From a virus, in IMG/VR virus record IMGVR_UViG_3300038540_000010, positions 1-5,399 of that record: DNA of 5,399 nt; one strand, given 5' to 3'. Both the position numbers and the translations under genes were made by a program. The notes under the pieces were generated by a model. That model saw nothing but the letters and a program-made list of their open reading frames with translations. It did not search any database and had not been told where the DNA came from. Below are positions 1 to 4,388 of the stretch, one piece after another (position 1 is the first letter of the stretch; each line of letters begins with the position of its first letter).

Positions 1-107
1 ATTTTTCGTTTAGGCATTCCAGTTCTTACTGTTCCTACTGCGTCTGCTACATCTCCAAGCGCTTTTGTCACTCCATTCATTATCCTTAGCACGTTTGCCA
101 CATCTCC
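1..107. repeat. Terminal direct overlap (left copy), identical to 5293-5399; circular-assembly redundancy
   Basis: Base-by-base comparison of 1-107 with 5293-5399 shows identity. The reading frame of VP2 continues correctly across the implied junction. Confidence 0.95.
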
Positions 108-1025
108 ACTGCTGAATTCTGTCCGTATTGCTTCCATTATTATTTTTTTACTCTCCTGGTCTAGTGCTACGTCTTTCTGTTGTACCTGATACCAATCTAT
201 TGCTGTCATTTGTTTTAATCGCATTACGTCCTCTGCAATCTTTTTATTTTGTGCTTCCGTCAGTCCTGTATTTGCTTTTATTAATGCATTTGTTAAGGTC
301 ATTTCTGCCGTCTTCAATCCGGCTTGTTTTATTATTTCTTCTTTTGTTGCTACATCTACGTCTGCTTGTGCTTCTATTGTTCTTCCTAAGTCGAATAGGC
401 TCTCCCATTGGGCCGTTAATCCTACTACTTTGCTGTCTTTTGTTCTGCTTGCTACATCTACGTCTATTGCCCACATTTTTTCGGTCCAATTTAGTATACT
501 TTTTTGTACTATCGCATTGTTTGTCTGGGCTCCTAGATTTTCAATTCTTGCTCTTACTTCGTCCGTGTCCGCTCCACTTGTTTTGACTGTGTCTGCTTCG
601 TTCTTTTTTGCTTGGCTGTTTGCCAATCTTATATTGGCTTGAATCATTTCTCTTTCTAATCCCATTGCCATTTGTTGTTGTATCTCGTGTCCTCCTTGCG
701 GTGCTTGTCCTCCTGCTACGCTACTTCCTGCCTGTCCTCCCTGTGTTGTTCCTCCTGCTCCACTTCCTCCGTACATTAACCCTACATTTAGCCCTGCCTT
801 ACGCATTTGTTTCGTCTGTGCTTCATAGTTTGTTTTTTCCCACATGTCCAACGCTAATTGTTGATTGTAGTCTCCTAAACGCTTCTGTGAGCTTTCTTGG
901 ATGTTTGTCAATTTCTTTTGTTGGTTTATTTGTCTTTTGTCGGCTATTGGCTGTAATGCTAATCCCAATGCCCCATTTATTGCACCGCCTGCGGTGCTCA
1001 TTCCTAGTTCTTTCCAGTCTCCCAT
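1..1025 (-). CDS. VP2: VP2 DNA pilot / minor capsid protein, N-terminal 341 codons plus 2 nt; continues across the circular junction to the stop at 5283-5285 (344 aa in total)
   Basis: Hand translation of the reverse complement from ATG 1025-1023 is open all the way to base 1: MGDWKELGMSTAGGAING...QQLALDMWEKTNYEAQTKQMRKAGLNVGLMYGGSGAGG...KALGDVADAVGTVRTGMPKRKIGF*. The block N-Y-x-A-Q-x5-K-A-G-L-N followed by a Gly-rich segment, then long Ala/Gln/Lys-rich helical-looking sequence, is the pattern I recall for microvirus VP2/H-like pilot proteins. An in-frame TAA lies 5 codons upstream of the ATG. The ORF is not in the supplied track because it runs off the window edge. Confidence 0.85.
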   Translation of the reverse strand, partial: MGDWKELGMSTAGGAINGALGLALQPIADKRQINQQKKLTNIQESSQKRLGDYNQQLALDMWEKTNYEAQTKQMRKAGLNVGLMYGGSGAGGTTQGGQAGSSVAGGQAPQGGHEIQQQMAMGLEREMIQANIRLANSQAKKNEADTVKTSGADTDEVRARIENLGAQTNNAIVQKSILNWTEKMWAIDVDVASRTKDSKVVGLTAQWESLFDLGRTIEAQADVDVATKEEIIKQAGLKTAEMTLTNALIKANTGLTEAQNKKIAEDVMRLKQMTAIDWYQVQQKDVALDQESKKIIMEAIRTEFSSGDVANVLRIMNGVTKALGDVADAVGTVRTGMPKRK

Positions 1026-1031
1026 TTTTCG

Positions 1032-1095
1032 CGCTTTTTATTTAAAAAGCGGTACACTATATACTAGATATAATAGAATACATGCGTACCGCTTT
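1032..1095 (-). promoter_or_regulatory. Two mutually exclusive hairpins in the only intergenic region; possible terminator/attenuator or origin-associated structure
   Basis: Hairpin A: 1032-1039 CGCTTTTT pairs with 1044-1051 AAAAAGCG (8 bp, loop ATTT). Hairpin B: 1046-1055 AAAGCGGTAC pairs with 1086-1095 GTACCGCTTT (10 bp, 30-nt loop with a small internal TATAT/ATATA stem). Segment 1046-1051 is shared, so only one can form. On the coding strand, hairpin B (core GCGGUAC/GUACCGC) is followed by UUUUUAAAU. Confidence 0.4.
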
Positions 1096-1114
1096 CTAAT
1101 TGGTTGATAATTAA

Positions 1115-1462
1115 TTATTTAACTTCATTTGTTTTGTCGGTAGAATTCCCTAATTCCTTGCCTTGTATTGGCTCGGGTTCCCCGTCTTTATTTACTCTCA
1201 TATCCGCCTTTTCTTCCCTTCTTGCCTTGTAGCTTTTACTTACTTTATCCATAGCATCTATTGCTACTTCAAATCTGTCTGTTCGTATGTTATACGCTGG
1301 CTTTACTCCTTCCTGTCTTGGCGTGAATATTATAGGAGCCCCATCTTTGATGGGCTCCTTGTTGTTTACTACTCTTTCTACTTTGTTTTCTATCATTTCA
1401 CCTTCTGTTCCCTGATTGATTACTAGTAGGCTTCTAAACTTTACCTTTCTTTTTGTGCTCAT
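1115..1462 (-). CDS. Hypothetical 115-aa protein directly downstream of VP1; possible internal scaffolding (VP3-like) protein by position only
   Basis: The ORF is open on the stop-rich coding strand. Its ATG lies 6 nt after the VP1 TAA. The composition is charged and protein-like (..GVKPAYNIRTDRFEVAIDAMDKVSKSYKARREEK..). I recognise no family motif with certainty. Confidence 0.7.
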   Translation of the reverse strand: MSTKRKVKFRSLLVINQGTEGEMIENKVERVVNNKEPIKDGAPIIFTPRQEGVKPAYNIRTDRFEVAIDAMDKVSKSYKARREEKADMRVNKDGEPEPIQGKELGNSTDKTNEVK

Positions 1463-1468
1463 TTTCTT

Positions 1469-3475
1469 TTATAGGTTAGGTATTACTTTCGCACTCATTT
1501 TTCTGCGTGCTGTCATATTTACTCCGATTTGTACCCAAAAATTTTGTGCATCCCTTCGCGTGTCTGCGAATATATGATTGAATTTTACTGGGTCTATGTA
1601 CGTTGTTAAGTCCTCGATAATCGGTGTGCTTGCTCCGTGTGCTACCGTGTATCTTCTGTTTAATGTCATGTACATTTGTTCGCTTTGTATTGCAAAGTTT
1701 CCCCTTACTTGGTTTACGTTTGTCATGTAATTTATCCATGCGGGCTGTTTTCCTGCGCTTCTGTATGTGTTTACTCCTGCGTTTGATCTTGTTTCCCACC
1801 ATGCCATTTGATCAGTTACTAGGTCTTGAAACCCTATTTCGTCTAATGCTGGTTTATGGAAATCGTTCATCGTCATTAGATTGACGTCCCATTGGTTCCC
1901 TTGTGAGTAGTCTACTAGTGGTGTTAGTGAACATATCCCTAGTATGTAACTCGGTTCGTCTACTTTTACTACTATGTGTCCTCCTTTTCTTAGATTTCCC
2001 ATTTTTCCTCTACCTGCTAAAGTTCCTAAAGGGTCACCTTTACCATCTACTTGCTTTGTATCTGCTGTACTTACTACTTCTTGGAATACTACGTTTCTTA
2101 TTAATCCTCCTAAGTATACTGGTGATTCAATACTTGTCTTTCTTTCGTGTGTGTATACTGCATCTAACCAATCATCGTAACTTCCCCCACTTATTGCTAT
2201 TCTGTTTAGCATGTTGTACACTTTCTTACTTAGGTTTAGTTCGTCTATTGTGAAGCTTCCACCACTTGTATCTATCGCTGTTACTGCGCTTACTCCATCC
2301 ACTCCGTCTATCCACTCTGTACTAATCCAATTATTAAACAGGTCGCTGTTGTATGTTTTTAATCCTAGTCCTTCCTGACTGAATTTTTTACTATATGCAG
2401 TTCCGTTTTTTTCTAGTGCTAATCCATACGGGCTAATTGTTGTATTTGTTATTTTGTATCCTGTTGTTTGGCTTGTCATATCGGTTAATAAGTTTAACCT
2501 CATCTGGTCAATATTATCCAAGCTAAATTTTTGAATTCTTGGTTCATCATCGTTTGTCGGTACTAGGCTTGATTGATAGTATACTTGTCCTACTGCTGTT
2601 ATAGTTAGTGCATTATTTCCTCCTGAGCATATAATGTCACTACCTATTATTCTTACATAGTCCCACATGTCGACTAGGTACATTCCATATACTGTTGGGT
2701 CTGTCCCTACTGTGTGTTCAATTAGGAAGTCTCTTACGTCCATTCCATCCAGTCCATCCGTTGTTATTGTCATTGTAGATTCTATTGTAAATTCTACTGT
2801 TTGTACTGTTATTGGCGGACTGCTTAAATCAATGTTTAGTATCGGTGTTGAATTGGTTGTTGTTAGTTGGTAGTAATTATTCGGGCCCGTTAATGTTGCT
2901 ACTCCTTTGTGTATTACCATTCCAACTTCTTCCTGTTTATTCGCATAGTAGTTTTTGTATATATCCCAATATCCCAAGTATGGTATTGCGTTAAATTCTC
3001 TTGTTACTGCTCCTACTCCACTTGGTGTTGTTCCTACTCCTCTTATTCCTAAGTATGCGAATATACTACTCGGATTTATTTGTTGGTTGTCTATATCTTG
3101 GTCTTTTACTATTTGTCCCGCTTCCATTTCGATTCTTGGTAGTTTTACGCTACTCATATCCCTTCCAATTCCTAGCATATTCATATGTAGTAATGGTTGG
3201 TATAATCTAATCGGTATCTGGAATACGTCTAGTTGTTGTTTGTAATTTCCGAACAGCGGGCCAATTGTCGGGTGTGTTAGTGTTTCTGCTGTTAAGTCAA
3301 TATCAAATGTATCTCCAGGTAATGCTACCTGGCTCATGAATGGGACTAATGTCCCTGCGCTCATTGTCGACCTCCATACATATCCTAAGTCGTGACTACT
3401 TCTTTCGTAGTTGTGCATGTATGCTTTCATTTTGTTTCCGCTTCCTAAGCGGTTACCTCCAATTTTTACTTCCAT
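1469..3475 (-). CDS. VP1: Major capsid protein VP1 (phiX174 F-like jelly-roll), 668 aa
   Basis: Conserved blocks as I recall them for microvirus capsid proteins: HDLGYVWRSTMSAGTLVPF..ALPGDTFDIDL..GPLFGNYKQQLDVFQIPIRLY, IPYLGYWDIYKNYYAN, RIAISGGSYDDWLDAVY, EPSYILGICSLTPLVDYSQG and a C-terminal FW. This is the largest ORF in the genome. Its ATG overlaps the stop of the upstream ORF (TAATG at 3477-3473). Confidence 0.95.
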   Translation of the reverse strand: MEVKIGGNRLGSGNKMKAYMHNYERSSHDLGYVWRSTMSAGTLVPFMSQVALPGDTFDIDLTAETLTHPTIGPLFGNYKQQLDVFQIPIRLYQPLLHMNMLGIGRDMSSVKLPRIEMEAGQIVKDQDIDNQQINPSSIFAYLGIRGVGTTPSGVGAVTREFNAIPYLGYWDIYKNYYANKQEEVGMVIHKGVATLTGPNNYYQLTTTNSTPILNIDLSSPPITVQTVEFTIESTMTITTDGLDGMDVRDFLIEHTVGTDPTVYGMYLVDMWDYVRIIGSDIICSGGNNALTITAVGQVYYQSSLVPTNDDEPRIQKFSLDNIDQMRLNLLTDMTSQTTGYKITNTTISPYGLALEKNGTAYSKKFSQEGLGLKTYNSDLFNNWISTEWIDGVDGVSAVTAIDTSGGSFTIDELNLSKKVYNMLNRIAISGGSYDDWLDAVYTHERKTSIESPVYLGGLIRNVVFQEVVSTADTKQVDGKGDPLGTLAGRGKMGNLRKGGHIVVKVDEPSYILGICSLTPLVDYSQGNQWDVNLMTMNDFHKPALDEIGFQDLVTDQMAWWETRSNAGVNTYRSAGKQPAWINYMTNVNQVRGNFAIQSEQMYMTLNRRYTVAHGASTPIIEDLTTYIDPVKFNHIFADTRRDAQNFWVQIGVNMTARRKMSAKVIPNL

Positions 3476-3783
3476 TATTTTTTGTTTTTAAATTGTTTTA
3501 CATTTTCTTTTTTTTCTTCTTCGTGCTCTTTTATCATCACGTTTACAATCTGCATTATTCTGAACCAGCTTGTATTTTCTGCTTCGTCTTTGCATTCTTG
3601 TAGGCTTTTTAGTTTTTCTGTTAGTCTATATTTTCCTAGTGTTAGGAACCAATAGTCCTCCATTTTTACCGCCATGAATGGCGTATCTTCTATCGGTATT
3701 TGTTTTACTAGTTCATCCGAATAGTTTTGTTTGTCTGCTTCGTTCACATTCTTTTCTAATGTTCCGTTGTCCTTTGTTTCCAT
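3475..3783 (-). CDS. Hypothetical 102-aa protein, translationally coupled to VP1
   Basis: Open frame on the coding strand, with stop/start overlap TAATG with VP1. It has an acidic N-terminus, a hydrophobic/aromatic core TPFMAVKMEDYWFLTLGKYRL and a Lys/Glu-rich tail. Function unknown. Confidence 0.7.
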   Translation of the reverse strand: METKDNGTLEKNVNEADKQNYSDELVKQIPIEDTPFMAVKMEDYWFLTLGKYRLTEKLKSLQECKDEAENTSWFRIMQIVNVMIKEHEEEKKENVKQFKNKK

Positions 3784-3898
3784 TTATTTCGTATTTTGTT
3801 TTTGTATTTATTATTACATAGTTTTCTCTTACTTCCCCACTTGTAAGGATCTCCCCTGTTTCGCGGTCTACGTATTCTACTGTTGTTCTCCATATCAT
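3713..3898 (-). CDS. Hypothetical 61-aa protein; its 3' 71 nt overlap the start of the 102-aa ORF in another frame
   Basis: The ATG shares ATGA (3898-3895) with the stop of the upstream 66-aa ORF. The first ~36 residues (MIWRTTVEYVDRETGEILTSGEVRENYVIINTKTKY) look protein-like. The overlapped tail is basic and may be frame noise. Confidence 0.5.
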   Translation of the reverse strand: MIWRTTVEYVDRETGEILTSGEVRENYVIINTKTKYEINGNKGQRNIRKECERSRQTKLFG

Positions 3899-4095
3899 AG
3901 TGGTATTTTTAGGCTGTCTTTTTTCTGTTCATACTTTTTCATGATGCTATCCCGCTTCATTATTATTTGGTATTCTATCTCTTTGCTTATTGTCATTTTT
4001 TTGTGTACGCTAATTGTACACTTTATCACTAGGATAGTGATTATTATTATTGCAATTTTCGGGATTCGTTGCATATTTGCTTCAATACTACTCAT
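3895..4095 (-). CDS. Hypothetical 66-aa small protein with an N-proximal hydrophobic segment; candidate membrane/lysis protein
   Basis: ATGA overlaps occur at both ends (4095-4092 and 3898-3895). Residues 11-30 read IPKIAIIIITILVIKCTISV, with a hydrophobic core of 11 residues flanked by Lys. A charged C-terminal half follows. Confidence 0.55.
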   Translation of the reverse strand: MSSIEANMQRIPKIAIIIITILVIKCTISVHKKMTISKEIEYQIIMKRDSIMKKYEQKKDSLKIPL

Positions 4096-4388
4096 TTTCT
4101 TTTACTTCTTCTACATACAGCCCCTTTCGCGCTGCTTTTTTTTATCTTTTTGCTCTCCATCGTGAATTTATGGCTTTGGGTCGCATTAAGGGGGTCCCAT
4201 GTCTCATGGGGGTCACTTACACCCAAAGTCGAATAAATTCTATCTTCTCTTTGTCCTATCGGACTGTTTTCGTTTGGCCGTTGCTGGCTTCGGCCAAATC
4301 GCTGTCTTTCTTCTGCTCTCTTATTTTTTCTTCTCTTTTCCCTCTTTCTACTCTCCTTCTCGCTCTTTCGTATTCTTCTTTCTTCCAT
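4092..4388 (-). CDS. Hypothetical 98-aa protein, basic at both ends; first 133 nt overprinted on the VP4 C-terminal tail; candidate DNA-binding (J/VP8-like) protein
   Basis: This is the only open frame across the 4095-4255 spacer, on a strand where stop triplets are frequent. Its stop is coupled by ATGA to the next ORF. 18 of the first 37 residues and 10 of the last 22 residues are Arg/Lys. The alternative internal start at 4160 would give a 22-aa basic peptide. Confidence 0.45.
   Translation of the reverse strand: MEERRIRKSEKESRKREKRRKNKRAEERQRFGRSQQRPNENSPIGQREDRIYSTLGVSDPHETWDPLNATQSHKFTMESKKIKKSSAKGAVCRRSKRK
4172..4230 (-). other. Imperfect 59-nt G/C-rich palindromic stem-loop with a GGGGGTC direct repeat; candidate origin or priming structure
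   Basis: Outer stem: 4174-4181 CTTTGGGT with 4221-4228 ACCCAAAG (plus 4172:4230). Middle stem: 4187-4190 TAAG with 4216-4219 CTTA. Inner stem: 4196-4201 CCCATG with 4205-4210 CATGGG, loop TCT. GGGGGTC occurs at 4190-4196 and 4208-4214. This is the most G/C-rich patch in an A/T-rich genome. Confidence 0.4.

Noticed and set aside
1-107. The terminal direct repeat as a biological feature (LTR-like, cos or pac, or attachment-site duplication)
   Set aside because: It is an exact overlap whose joining restores a reading frame, and it lies wholly inside the VP2 coding sequence. This is the standard signature of a circular contig, not a functional repeat.
690-770. TCCTCC/TCCTGC-rich low-complexity stretch that looks like a tandem repeat
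   Set aside because: It is the antisense of GGA-rich codons for the Gly-rich segment of VP2 (YGGSGAGGTTQGGQAGSSVAGGQAPQGG). It is a coding compositional feature, not a repeat array.
1-1045. The apparent absence of any minus-strand gene in the first kilobase made me suspect stop-codon recoding (an alternative genetic code)
   Set aside because: Hand translation shows the minus-strand frame is fully open under the standard code. The ORF was simply truncated by the window edge. TGA, TAG and TAA are all used as genuine stops elsewhere (ORF98, ORF66 and ORF61 use TGA; VP4 uses TAG; VP1, VP2, ORF102 and ORF115 use TAA).
1069-1074. A perfect TATAAT on the + strand in the intergenic loop, as a possible -10 promoter box
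   Set aside because: It faces the gene-less strand, has no acceptable -35 at 16-18 bp spacing, and lies in an A/T-only stretch where such hexamers arise by chance.
2882-2889. CGGGCCCG, an 8-bp G/C-only palindrome inside VP1, encoded by rare codons ACG GGC CCG
   Set aside because: It is too short to fold and has no flanking complementarity. A single occurrence could be chance or a restriction or binding site, and I cannot support a function.
3304-3311. TACATTTG on the coding strand, which matches the Bacteroides -7 promoter consensus TAnnTTTG
   Set aside because: It lies about 165 nt inside VP1 (codons for D-T-F-D) with no gene start downstream for it to serve. My scan for the motif was by eye and not exhaustive, so promoters remain unassigned.
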